DNA from: a virus
Taxonomy: Duplodnaviria > Caudoviricetes
IMG/VR virus record: IMGVR_UViG_3300021255_003843
Span: 1 to 64,000 of that record
DNA length: 64,000 nucleotides
Direction: 5' to 3' (one strand)
Notes under the pieces: model-generated
What the model was told of the DNA's origin: nothing
The model's input: the letters and a program-made list of their open reading frames with translations, nothing else
The model's database searches: none
Position numbers and translations under genes: made by a program
Shown: piece by piece, positions 1 to 9,069 of the stretch
Position numbering within the stretch: the first letter of the stretch is position 1
Layout of the letters: each line of letters begins with the position of its first letter

Positions 1-609
1 GCTGATGACCTTTTCACTCTGGGTCAGCGTACCTTCGACAGCTTTACTTCGCTGCTCAGAGCTTTGCAGATGGAAACCTGCGTCAAGAAGAATCAGATTG
101 AGCTGCTGATTCGTCTTGGATACTTTTCAAATTTCGGTGGCAGCAAAAAGCTGCTGCAGATATTTAACGAGTTCAATGACGGCAAGAACAGATTAACGAA
201 AACACTTTCGGAGAAGTCTGTTACTGCCAGAACTCAGGCACTCGTCGAGATGGAATCCACCCTGGAGAACGAAGATCTTCCGATCGTCGAACGGCTCCGG
301 GCGGAACAGGATTTTATGTGCATCTGCCTCTCCTGTGATCCGTTTTCTGATTCCAACTTGTATTTCGTGCAGGAAATCGACGATCAATATGGAATTAAAA
401 TAAAGCTGTACAACTTGCGCAGAGGCAAGAGCGGCGTCGCCAAGGTCAGAAAGGACCTGTTCAAATCCAAGCCTCTGTCTGCCGGACAAATCATGTGTCT
501 GGATGGCTGGAAAGAACAGCGCCGCTGTAGCTATAAAGACGGCCAGCGCATCGAGCTGGACGTCAAAGATATCTGGGCAACATCCTATCATATTCTCAAG
601 GAGGTGTGA
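1..609 (+). CDS. dnaE: DNA polymerase III alpha-type subunit, C-terminal part (5' truncated by window)
   Basis: Frame open from base 1. 'FDSFTSLL...KKNQIELLIRLGYFSNFG' HhH-like segment followed by an OB-fold-like C-terminus, typical of phage DnaE. Confidence 0.7.
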   Translation, partial: ADDLFTLGQRTFDSFTSLLRALQMETCVKKNQIELLIRLGYFSNFGGSKKLLQIFNEFNDGKNRLTKTLSEKSVTARTQALVEMESTLENEDLPIVERLRAEQDFMCICLSCDPFSDSNLYFVQEIDDQYGIKIKLYNLRRGKSGVAKVRKDLFKSKPLSAGQIMCLDGWKEQRRCSYKDGQRIELDVKDIWATSYHILKEV

Positions 610-612
610 CCG

Positions 613-951
613 ATGTTCGATAAGCATATCTCAAGTGTTGATGGTCTCTTCGGACAGAAGATCCATTATGACGACATGGGCAATATCGTAGGCGAAAGCT
701 GGCCCGGGCTCGTCGAAGGCTCTTACGTCCACTACGGTCCTCATGGTTACGCCGGCGAGTCCATGCCCGGCGCATTCGCAGATCTTGTCCACTACAATGC
801 TGATGGTCAGTACGTTGGCGATACGTGGAGCGGCATCTGCGATGAACAGAAAGTCCACTATGGTATGAATGGTTATGCCGGAGACAGCTGGGACACGCTT
901 ATCGGCACAGACACATCCCTTGACGCTGATTTGTTCGAGCCTTTCGAATAA
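613..951 (+). CDS. Hypothetical protein with four ~20-aa HY..G...G(E/D)(S/T) repeats
   Basis: RBS GGAGGTG at 600-606; repeats visible in translation. Confidence 0.75.
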   Translation: MFDKHISSVDGLFGQKIHYDDMGNIVGESWPGLVEGSYVHYGPHGYAGESMPGAFADLVHYNADGQYVGDTWSGICDEQKVHYGMNGYAGDSWDTLIGTDTSLDADLFEPFE

Positions 952-965
952 AGAAGTGATTTCAG

Positions 966-1373
966 GTGTATCAATTACCCTTACGTTTCATTAAAGTCTC
1001 CGACGACGTGTCGATTTGTGCGACACGTATCGTCGCTATCATGTCAACCAACGCCTACCAGGCTCGTCGGACGATTAAAGACGAGAAACAAGCAGGCACG
1101 CTCATCAACGCTGCCGGCCGCGCGAAGGTCAACTCGGCGATCTTTCTGGACAATGGTTCCGTCATCGCCTCTCCGTTGACCGTCACGCGGTTGCTTTCTG
1201 CTATAGAGAAATCTAATTACAAACAAGTGAACCCGCGCAAGTTCGTCGCTCCGGCACGGATGCGCGTATACGATGTCGATGACGAGGAACCGGATCCAGA
1301 ATTGGATGAAGAGGTTGCCGAGGTCGACATCGAAACCGATGAAGATGAACCCGACGAGCGGGCAGACGAGTAA
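966..1373 (+). CDS. RemA/DUF370-family protein with acidic C-terminal tail
   Basis: 'RIVAIMS..A..RRTIKDEKQAGTLINAAG..KVNSAIFLDNGSVIAS' aligns by eye with the RemA (YlzA) pattern RIIAIVSPESAPIKR..DAR..G.LIDATYGRRTRAVII.D. Confidence 0.75.
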   Translation: MYQLPLRFIKVSDDVSICATRIVAIMSTNAYQARRTIKDEKQAGTLINAAGRAKVNSAIFLDNGSVIASPLTVTRLLSAIEKSNYKQVNPRKFVAPARMRVYDVDDEEPDPELDEEVAEVDIETDEDEPDERADE

Positions 1374-1384
1374 CGGAGGTCTCC

Positions 1385-2056
1385 TTGCTCATAATCAAAC
1401 AGTCCGCCCGCCTGCTGACACCGAAGGCGGGCGAAGGCATGCAAGTCCTGAAGGCGATCGAGTTCGCCGGCAGGAATTGCTATGCGTCACACAATAAAAT
1501 TACCGAGGACTCTTGTCTTCGATTCACAAAAGCCCTCATTTCACGCGGCCACGAAGCGCCCCTCGAGTTCGCTGATCTCACCTTTGACATCACAACATCA
1601 CGCGCAGTGCTCGCTGAAATTACCAGGCATCGCCTGTCGTCATTCTGCGTAGAGTCTCAACGCTACATACGCGAGAATGACACGGGCGATATTTCTTTTA
1701 TTCAGCCCGAGTGGTACGACCCTGAAAGTGGTGATTCCATTGTTCAGCTAAGCTCCGCTGCCTGGCGCAGCGCCATGGAGCAAGCGGAAAAAGCTTATGA
1801 ATCGCTTTCCGACCTGGGCCTGAAACCCGAGCAAGCCAGAGAAGTTTTGCCTAACTCTACGGCTTGCCGGATTATTATGAAGGCAAACGTACGCGAATGG
1901 CGTCACATCTTTGAACTGCGTTGCTCTCCTGCCGCCTATCCTCAGATGAGGTCACTGGCGCTCATGATGCTCAGGCTCTCTGCTGACGCCGTTCCTGTTG
2001 CGTTTGACGATTTATATCATCAATACGTGAAGGAAGGAAGTGCATCGGATGCTTAA
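1385..2056 (+). CDS. thyX: FAD-dependent thymidylate synthase
   Basis: GHEAPLE, RHRLSSFCVESQRY (RHRxxSxxxxSxR) and EQAREVLP motifs; TTG start after GGAGG. Confidence 0.95.
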   Translation: MLIIKQSARLLTPKAGEGMQVLKAIEFAGRNCYASHNKITEDSCLRFTKALISRGHEAPLEFADLTFDITTSRAVLAEITRHRLSSFCVESQRYIRENDTGDISFIQPEWYDPESGDSIVQLSSAAWRSAMEQAEKAYESLSDLGLKPEQAREVLPNSTACRIIMKANVREWRHIFELRCSPAAYPQMRSLALMMLRLSADAVPVAFDDLYHQYVKEGSASDA

Positions 2057-2519
2057 CATCGATGAACTGAAAGCGAAAATAGAGCAGCTTGACGCTGATC
2101 GTCTGAGAATATTTACTGAGATTAACAAACGCCGCCGCGATCTCAAGCGTTTCGCGGGCCAGATAACGGAAGACATTGCCAACACAGAACGCAAAGCAAT
2201 TGAAGAACTGCAGGATGTGCTGGATGATATCGAGTTTGATCTGAACGGGTATCTTTCCCAGCTGTTTGACTTTGCCTCCGACGGCAGCTTTGAAGATCGC
2301 GACGAAGTATTTGTCGAAAGGCTGACTGAGTGCCCCGCTCCCGAAGGCACACGTGAAGCGCTCGTCCAGCGCCGCGATCAGACGGCGCATGACCTGGGGC
2401 GCTATAAGAAGGAAGCCGAGAAAACAGAACATCAGCTTCAAGAGCTGCAAGATCTGATTGACGCGACCGAAAACGAGCTCGACGAGCTGATCGTTGAGCT
2501 TGCCGACCTTCCTGACTAA
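2049..2519 (+). CDS. Acidic coiled-coil hypothetical protein
   Basis: Overlaps thyX stop; purine-rich RBS; heptad pattern. Confidence 0.7.
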   Translation: MLNIDELKAKIEQLDADRLRIFTEINKRRRDLKRFAGQITEDIANTERKAIEELQDVLDDIEFDLNGYLSQLFDFASDGSFEDRDEVFVERLTECPAPEGTREALVQRRDQTAHDLGRYKKEAEKTEHQLQELQDLIDATENELDELIVELADLPD

Positions 2520-2525
2520 CTAACC

Positions 2526-2568
2526 GCCGCCGCAGGCGCGCCTCCCCAAAGGCGCGCCGCCCAGGCGG
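2526..2568 (+). terminator. GC-rich stem-loop (no clear U tract)
   Basis: GCCGCC..GGCGCGCC/GGCGCGCC..GGCGGC inverted repeat in an intergenic gap. Confidence 0.4.
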
Positions 2569-2584
2569 CTTACATCGAGGTTAT

Positions 2585-2800
2585 ATGGAAACAATCTTAT
2601 ATACTTCACCGTCCTGTCCCAAGTGTACCTTTGCAAAACAGATCCTTGACAGCAAGAATATCAAGTATTCTGTATGCATGGACGCGGAACAGGCTTTAGC
2701 GGCAGGAGTCACTACTCTGCCGACATTGTCACTCAACGGCGAACTCATGACGTTCCCCGCCATCGTCGCCTACTGCAAAGGAGGCGAGGCTGTTGTTTAA
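2585..2800 (+). CDS. Glutaredoxin/NrdH-like protein
   Basis: YTSPSCPKC (CxxC) and TLPTL cis-Pro region; directly upstream of nrdD. Confidence 0.85.
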   Translation: METILYTSPSCPKCTFAKQILDSKNIKYSVCMDAEQALAAGVTTLPTLSLNGELMTFPAIVAYCKGGEAVV

Positions 2801-4640
2801 ATACGCAGACCGTCAGCCATACCTGAACTTTATTCAAAGCTATTCCGAAGCGGCCAACGCTGCGTCCGGTTCCGAGGTGGACGCTAACGCCAACGTGGAA
2901 AAGAAATCCATCGCCACAATGGAATCGGAGATCTATAAGAAAGAAGCCATTGCCATCAACCGTCTTGCTATGCAGCAGCGCATTGCTGAAATCTATGGCG
3001 AAGACCTGGCAAAGCAATATATAGAAGACCTGGAATCCCACAGGATCTACCGCCATGATGAGACAGCTCTCGTAGGAAAAAGCTATTGCGCGTCCATCAC
3101 TATGTACCCGTTCCTTTTGAACGGGCTGAGAGATCTTGGCGGAACCTCCGCTGCGCCGAAAAACCTTTCTTCTTTCTGCGGCGCGTTTATCAATCTGGTG
3201 TTTGCAGCAGCGGCGCAACTCGCTGGCGCTGTGGCAACTCCGGAATTTCTTTCTTATCTGGATTATTTTATTCGCCAAGAATATGGCAATGATTATTACC
3301 TGCATCCAGATCAGGTAGTAGATCTGTCTGCTCGCGGTCGTTCCATTGACCGAGTCATCACAGATTGTTTTGAGCAGGTAATCTATTCCATCAACCAGCC
3401 CGCCGCCGCCCGTGGAAATCAGGCGGTGTTCTGGAATATTGCTTACTTTGATAAGTATTATTTCGCCGGCATGTTTGAAGACTTCTGCTTTCCTGACGGC
3501 ACGCCTATGCAATGGGAGTCTGTTAACTGGCTGCAAAAGCGTTTCATGGAATGGTTTAACAAAGAAAGAACAAGGAAGATCTTGACTTTTCCTGTTGAAA
3601 CCGTTAATCTTCTTGATAATGGAAGCGAATTCCTCGATGAAGAATGGGCTGATTTCACCGCAGAAATGTGGTCCCAGGGACATTCTTTCTTCCTGTATCG
3701 CTCCGACAACGTAGACAGCTTGGCTTCATGCTGCCGTCTGCGCAACGAGATCCAGGACAACCAGTTCTCTTACACGCTGGGTGCTGGCGGTATTTCCACC
3801 GGCTCCAAGTGCGTTATGACAATGAATATCAACCGGCTCGTTCAGACAAATCCTGATCAGCCGCTCACCGCTATCGCCGAACAGGTGGAGCGCGTGCATA
3901 AATACTTAAAAGCGTTCAACACGATCCTTATTGACAGGCAGAAGGCGGGCTTAATGCCGCTGTATGACGCTGGCTTTGTTGCTCCTGAACGCCAATACCT
4001 GACCGTCGGTATCAATGGTCTCGTTGAGGCCGCTGAATACCTGGGCTTGAAGATCAAAGCGGATGATGAAGGTTACGCCAGGTTTACCAATGACGTACTG
4101 AAAACCATCAGTGATCTGAACAAGCAGGATCGTGAAGAAGGCATCATGTTCAATACTGAATATGTGCCGGCTGAAAATCTTGGCGTGAAAAACGCCAAAT
4201 GGGATAAGCGCGACGGCTTGAAGGTGCCGCGCGCTTGCTATAACTCCTACTTTTATCTGGTGGAAGATCCGACCACGTCCGTGCTGGAGAAGTTTATCCT
4301 TCATGGTAAGCAGTTTACTCAATATTTGGACGGCGGTTCCGCTCTGCATTGCAACCTGGACGAGCATTTGTCCAAAGCGCAGTACAGAAAGCTGATGGAT
4401 TACGCCATCAAGACAGGCTGCCCCTATTTCACCTTCAACATTCCGAACACCGTTTGCCGGGATTGCGGACACATTAGCAAGCATAAGCTGGCGAAGTGTC
4501 CGAAGTGCGGAGGCGAGCATCTCGATTACGCGACGCGCGTTATTGGGTATCTGAAGCTCATTTCTTCCTTCTCTGAAGCCCGGCAAAAGGAAGCTGCAAA
4601 GCGTTATTACGCGGAGGTGCCCGATGAACAGACCGCTTAA
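2793..4640 (+). CDS. nrdD: Anaerobic (class III) ribonucleoside-triphosphate reductase
   Basis: IYRHD, SCCRL, EYVPAE, CRDC..CPKC zinc site, and RVIGY glycyl-radical motif. Confidence 0.95.
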   Translation: MFKYADRQPYLNFIQSYSEAANAASGSEVDANANVEKKSIATMESEIYKKEAIAINRLAMQQRIAEIYGEDLAKQYIEDLESHRIYRHDETALVGKSYCASITMYPFLLNGLRDLGGTSAAPKNLSSFCGAFINLVFAAAAQLAGAVATPEFLSYLDYFIRQEYGNDYYLHPDQVVDLSARGRSIDRVITDCFEQVIYSINQPAAARGNQAVFWNIAYFDKYYFAGMFEDFCFPDGTPMQWESVNWLQKRFMEWFNKERTRKILTFPVETVNLLDNGSEFLDEEWADFTAEMWSQGHSFFLYRSDNVDSLASCCRLRNEIQDNQFSYTLGAGGISTGSKCVMTMNINRLVQTNPDQPLTAIAEQVERVHKYLKAFNTILIDRQKAGLMPLYDAGFVAPERQYLTVGINGLVEAAEYLGLKIKADDEGYARFTNDVLKTISDLNKQDREEGIMFNTEYVPAENLGVKNAKWDKRDGLKVPRACYNSYFYLVEDPTTSVLEKFILHGKQFTQYLDGGSALHCNLDEHLSKAQYRKLMDYAIKTGCPYFTFNIPNTVCRDCGHISKHKLAKCPKCGGEHLDYATRVIGYLKLISSFSEARQKEAAKRYYAEVPDEQTA

Positions 4641-5118
4641 ATATCAGGGCTCAGCGGTCTGCATGCAGGAAGTGCCTGATGAAATTGCCGTGGCGTTCAA
4701 CATCTCCGGCTGTCCTCATAAATGTCCTGGCTGTCACTCAAAAACACTGTGGTCTTATACAGGCCAGATCCTGTATTCGATGTATCCGTATGTCCTGAAT
4801 CATCTGCTTGAACCGAAAGGCATCTCCTGTATCTGCTTTATGGGCGGCGAATGGAGGCCGCGTGAATTGATTCTCTATTCGCGCATGGCGCACCGTAAAG
4901 GCCTGAAGACATGTTTATACACCGGCGCGGATCATCTATCTCAGATCGATAACGAATTATTGAGACATTTGGATTATATCAAGTTCGGTTCATGGCAAAA
5001 TGATCGCGGACCTTTATCGGACAAGCACACAAATCAGCGTATGTTCAAACTGCGGGACGACCAAAATCGTCCCGCAATTATTGATATTACCTATAAGTTT
5101 CAGAAGGAATATATATGA
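4624..5118 (+). CDS. nrdG: Anaerobic RNR activating radical-SAM protein
   Basis: CPHKCPGC, GGE, LYTG, TNQR; adjacent to nrdD. Confidence 0.93.
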   Translation: MNRPLKYQGSAVCMQEVPDEIAVAFNISGCPHKCPGCHSKTLWSYTGQILYSMYPYVLNHLLEPKGISCICFMGGEWRPRELILYSRMAHRKGLKTCLYTGADHLSQIDNELLRHLDYIKFGSWQNDRGPLSDKHTNQRMFKLRDDQNRPAIIDITYKFQKEYI

Positions 5119-5465
5119 GCAGAATAAAACGCTACCAGTATAACGGCGCTCCGTTGCCGAAGAACATGCATCTTGACGGTGGATGGATCAAAGGCGGAGC
5201 CAATGGTTATATTGGTAAAACCTTTTACAACAAAGTCAACGATATGGAACTCAATATCTGCGTCGCCTTTGACCGGGACATGAGTGAGTGGAATGATTAT
5301 GACAACATTCTGATCACAGACGATCTCGGTTTTCCATACTCTCCGTTCTACGATTGTTGGGATGAAGAGGTTGAGGATAATTCCAGCCTCCAATATGTCA
5401 TTGAAACCTACAATGACTATATGGATAGCCTACCATTTCTGGAACCACTCGACGCAAGATTTTGA
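5115..5465 (+). CDS. Hypothetical protein
   Basis: ATGA overlap with nrdG; RBS AAGGA. Confidence 0.7.
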   Translation: MSRIKRYQYNGAPLPKNMHLDGGWIKGGANGYIGKTFYNKVNDMELNICVAFDRDMSEWNDYDNILITDDLGFPYSPFYDCWDEEVEDNSSLQYVIETYNDYMDSLPFLEPLDARF

Positions 5466-5478
5466 AAGGAGAACCACT

Positions 5479-5886
5479 ATGAAAGTTTATGTATGCTCTG
5501 ATGATGGCGAGAACAAGTATGTCTGCGCCACCGAATTCCTGGCGAAAGCTTGGCTGCTGCAACAGATTCTCAAAAGCGACTTCCAGAGATTATCCTGGGA
5601 GGAAGAGTTTGATCCTGAAAATCCTGACGCCTTTGATTGGGATAGCTGCAGCGCTTTCGATGCGTTTGAAATCTGTGCCACCTTCACGGATTACTGGCTC
5701 GACATTTTCGATCTCGATTGCACCGGCGCTGAACTGCCGAAGCTGCGCATCGAAGATATCCTGCCTTCCGAACGCCAGGTTGTCCGGCTCGCTGACGTAC
5801 TCCCCAAGGAGTACCGCATTGAGCCCTGCGAGTCTGAGTATTTCGAGTACGAGCCTGTAGAGCTTCCGCGTGTACGGCACCTGTAA
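5479..5886 (+). CDS. Hypothetical acidic protein
   Basis: AAAGGAG RBS before ATG 5479. Confidence 0.7.
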   Translation: MKVYVCSDDGENKYVCATEFLAKAWLLQQILKSDFQRLSWEEEFDPENPDAFDWDSCSAFDAFEICATFTDYWLDIFDLDCTGAELPKLRIEDILPSERQVVRLADVLPKEYRIEPCESEYFEYEPVELPRVRHL

Positions 5887-6464
5887 TGGCTAAGAAGAAA
5901 CAGAAAACAGAAGAAGCGCCTATTCAATTTCCCGATCAGTATTATGTCGTGGCGGCAGACCTGAGCCTTCGCTGCCCGGGCTTCTGCAAGATCCTCGTGA
6001 CGAAGAACGCAGACGGCGTCGACCTGTCAAAGGCGGCGACCGTCTGCGTCAACAATAAACAAAACCAGAAGACGCACGGTCAGCTGCTGGACGAGATCAT
6101 GAAGGAATTTGCATTCTTCTGTCCGGTAGATCGTGTGCCGATCTACTTCGTCCGCGAAAAAGCGTTCAATGCCAGGGCTTCTCAGAATGAGATGGCGATC
6201 TATAAGGTTGTCGGCGTCATGGATTGGATGCTCTATCGCCTATCACTGGAATGGAGCGAGATCTATCCCGTCACCGTCAAAAAGTGTATCACCGGCTCCG
6301 GCAAAGCCACTAAAGAAGAGGTCGCAAAGACCCTGGCTAAATGGCTTCCAGATATGAAGTACGATACCGATGATGAATCCGACGCTGCTGCTGTGGCTAT
6401 TTCGTTTCTGATACAGCAGGGCGTGTTGAGTACGGAAAGAAGTGAAACCGAAAATGATTCTTGA
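5886..6464 (+). CDS. RuvC-like Holliday junction resolvase
   Basis: ADLSLRCPG, VREK, YPVTVKK..TGSGKATKEEV and DDESDAAAVA catalytic pattern. Confidence 0.88.
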   Translation: MAKKKQKTEEAPIQFPDQYYVVAADLSLRCPGFCKILVTKNADGVDLSKAATVCVNNKQNQKTHGQLLDEIMKEFAFFCPVDRVPIYFVREKAFNARASQNEMAIYKVVGVMDWMLYRLSLEWSEIYPVTVKKCITGSGKATKEEVAKTLAKWLPDMKYDTDDESDAAAVAISFLIQQGVLSTERSETENDS

Positions 6465-6738
6465 AATTGAGAATGAAACAATAGACAAGTTGCCTGTTTT
6501 AACAGCGAAAATCGATACCGGCGTCGGCCTTCTGGTGAAGGCCGGCTCGCAGGGCCTGACTAAAACGGACAGAACATTCTCCTTCGTTTCCATCAGCACA
6601 GAAGGCGCAACGATCGAATGCGATACTGGCAGCGATGGTTTTGATCTACGTATATACGGCGATCTGGAACTTAAGGCGTTCGCGGAAGCATTTGATTTTA
6701 TCGCCAAAGTTCTGAAAAGCAGAATCGCAGGAGATTAA
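6454..6738 (+). CDS. Hypothetical protein
   Basis: Overlaps the preceding stop in a tightly packed operon. Confidence 0.65.
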   Translation: MILEIENETIDKLPVLTAKIDTGVGLLVKAGSQGLTKTDRTFSFVSISTEGATIECDTGSDGFDLRIYGDLELKAFAEAFDFIAKVLKSRIAGD

Positions 6739-6742
6739 AAAG

Positions 6743-6904
6743 ATGGATGTAACGAATTACCAGTCGCATGGCTGTGTAGACTGTGTACATTACACGGCCT
6801 GCCCTTGCCAGTGGGAGCTGAACTGCGCCGCCTGTCTGGTGCTGGCCGTCAAAGCGAAAGGCGATGACGAAGATGAAGCAGACCTACATCTACAGAATCA
6901 GTGA
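6743..6904 (+). CDS. Small Cys-rich protein (53 aa, not in ORF track)
   Basis: GGAG RBS; MDVTNYQSHGCVDCVHYTACPCQWELNCAAC...; fills the gap between neighbours. Confidence 0.5.
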   Translation: MDVTNYQSHGCVDCVHYTACPCQWELNCAACLVLAVKAKGDDEDEADLHLQNQ

Positions 6905-7148
6905 TCAACGCCCGGAATCTAGCGCACCGGACAGGTTCATCTACGCCATGAACAAACCCTCGGCAAAACGCTGGCAGCAAGAGAACTGTCCAGAAATCAG
7001 GGCAAAGTTTGAGTGCATTGGCATTAAAAAGGTGCCGCTCGATGTGCACGCACAGGAATTCACTCAGCTCGAATACATGGCGATCAGAAAACATATCTCC
7101 GATATGACAAACCCTGATCTGTGGAAGGAACTTCTTTCTGCAAAGTAA
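6864..7148 (+). CDS. Hypothetical protein
   Basis: ORF colinear with the operon. Confidence 0.65.
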   Translation: MTKMKQTYIYRISDQRPESSAPDRFIYAMNKPSAKRWQQENCPEIRAKFECIGIKKVPLDVHAQEFTQLEYMAIRKHISDMTNPDLWKELLSAK

Positions 7149-7163
7149 CTCTATTGCAAAGGG

Positions 7164-8024
7164 GTGGTGTTTATTAAGACACTTCCTAATGGTTATACCG
7201 GTATCCTCGCGGCTTCCGCTACCTCTGCGGAAGCCGCTCAGTTATATACAGATAAAACCACCAACGTTTTCAACCTGATCGAGAATCAGTACCTGTTTCT
7301 GACAGACGACGAAGGCCACATCGTCGACAAATACAAGTGGCAGGACGGCAAGTATAAACCCATCTGGCGCAAGCCAGTGGAAAGCTCCGCCTTCGGCAAA
7401 GTGAAAGCCAAGAACGCCGAACAGGAGTGCGCCATCGACCTGCTGCTGGATGAGACTACCACCGTCAAATGTCTGTCAGGCTCATTCGGCTCAGGCAAAA
7501 CCTTCCTGACATCAGCCTGTGCCTTCAAGCTGTTGCAGGATGGCGCGTTTGACCGTATCGTCTGGGTGCGCAACAACGTAGAGGTCAAGGACTCGAACCC
7601 TATCGGCCATCTGAAAGGCGATTACTACGATAAAATGTCTGTCTGGGCGATGCCTTTGGCGGATCACATCGGCGGTAAGGATCAGCTTGATTTCATGATC
7701 GAGCACGGCAAGATCGAGGTCGTCCACCTTGGCTTCCTGCGCGGCAGAGACATCAAAAACTCCATCATCTTCTGCACAGAAGCCGAGCATCTGACCCGCG
7801 AGCATGTGCAGCTGCTGCTTGGCCGCGTGTCCGAAGGTTCTATTCTCGTTCTCGAAGGCGATTTCAGACAGATCGATGCTAAAGCATTTGAGAAAGACAA
7901 TGGTCTTGCCGCCGCTATCGATTGTCTGAAAGGCAATCGCCTGTTTTCATATGTGCATATGCAGGAATCTGTTCGCTCTGAAACGGCAAAACTGGCAGAC
8001 CTGCTGGAGGTAAAACATGCCTGA
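7164..8024 (+). CDS. phoH: PhoH-family ATPase
   Basis: GSFGSGKT Walker A, IGHLKG, FLRGR, LLLGR, GDFRQID, VRS motifs. Confidence 0.92.
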   Translation: MVFIKTLPNGYTGILAASATSAEAAQLYTDKTTNVFNLIENQYLFLTDDEGHIVDKYKWQDGKYKPIWRKPVESSAFGKVKAKNAEQECAIDLLLDETTTVKCLSGSFGSGKTFLTSACAFKLLQDGAFDRIVWVRNNVEVKDSNPIGHLKGDYYDKMSVWAMPLADHIGGKDQLDFMIEHGKIEVVHLGFLRGRDIKNSIIFCTEAEHLTREHVQLLLGRVSEGSILVLEGDFRQIDAKAFEKDNGLAAAIDCLKGNRLFSYVHMQESVRSETAKLADLLEVKHA

Positions 8025-8661
8025 ACAAATTGGTATCACCGAAGCCCTCAGTGAAATATTGGCCGCAGTTTCCGGAGACAGTCATTTTCCTGACCCAGAT
8101 TACCTTGCGTATCATCAGCTCCTGAAAGATCGTATCGTCTATATTGAAATGCCGGTCGATGAATCCATGCTTCGTATCCAGAAGCAGATTACTCTCTGGA
8201 ATCTGGAGGATAGCGGCATCCCTGTCGAAGAACGCAAGCCGATCCGCCTGGTCATCATGTCCTATGGCGGCCTGGCTGACTATATGTGGATGGTCGTCGA
8301 CGCCATCGAGAGTTCGCAAACGCCTGTCTATACATACAACATCGGCGCAGCGCACTCTTCAGCCGGCATCATTTTCATGGCCGGCAAAAAACGCTTTATG
8401 ACTAAGAGCGCACACGTCATCATCCACGAAGGCTCCGCCGAAATCGACGGTGACGCCTGCAAAGTGATCGACGCTTCCGAGTCTTATAAGAAGATCTTGA
8501 AACGTATGCGCGACTTTATCATCGCGCATACGCGCATCCCGGCGGCTACGTTGTCCCGCAAGAAGGCCAACGATTGGGACATCCCCGCGCAGGAATGCCT
8601 GAAGCTCGGCGTTTGCGATGAGATCATCGACTCGATCGACAGTATCACGACCGCCGTATGA
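8017..8661 (+). CDS. ClpP-like serine protease
   Basis: LLKDRIVY, SYGG, GAAHSSA (Ser), IIHE (His), DWDIPAQECLKLG (Asp region). Confidence 0.88.
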   Translation: MPEQIGITEALSEILAAVSGDSHFPDPDYLAYHQLLKDRIVYIEMPVDESMLRIQKQITLWNLEDSGIPVEERKPIRLVIMSYGGLADYMWMVVDAIESSQTPVYTYNIGAAHSSAGIIFMAGKKRFMTKSAHVIIHEGSAEIDGDACKVIDASESYKKILKRMRDFIIAHTRIPAATLSRKKANDWDIPAQECLKLGVCDEIIDSIDSITTAV

Positions 8662-8876
8662 AAACCTGTGAGTGCCAGACCTGTCAAAAGGTCACACGAT
8701 ATACTGTAATCAAAAAGCGTGAAGATATCCAGCTCAACGATCTTGTTGTCACCGTGCCGCAGAAGCATGCCTATTGCCTCGTCTGCGGTACGGAAATCCA
8801 GATGGAAGATCTGAAGGATGAGAACGCCTACGCGGTACTGCACGCTTATTACATCAGAAAAAGCAAGGGTCGATAA
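8658..8876 (+). CDS. Small zinc-ribbon protein (YgiT/MqsA N-domain-like)
   Basis: CQTC...CLVCGTEI, followed by DEN...AY..RK. Confidence 0.65.
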   Translation: MKTCECQTCQKVTRYTVIKKREDIQLNDLVVTVPQKHAYCLVCGTEIQMEDLKDENAYAVLHAYYIRKSKGR

Positions 8877-9069
8877 CATATTTGGTCCGGCCGCTCTGCG
8901 GAGTCACAGGTCGGTTTGGAAAGCGGATGCATCCGCAAAATGAGAAGCTGATAAAAACACGACCGCTAACAGGCCTTAACAACGGTTGGCGCTACGAAGT
9001 CTTATATCCAAAGCAGCTTCCGGTCTTACCAGTTGGAGACGTCGTAGCTGTAAAAGAAAGGAAAACAAT

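Noticed and set aside
8880-8976. HDV-like/theta ribozyme suggested by a stem followed by GCTAA
   Set aside because: Could not build P1, P1.1 and P3.
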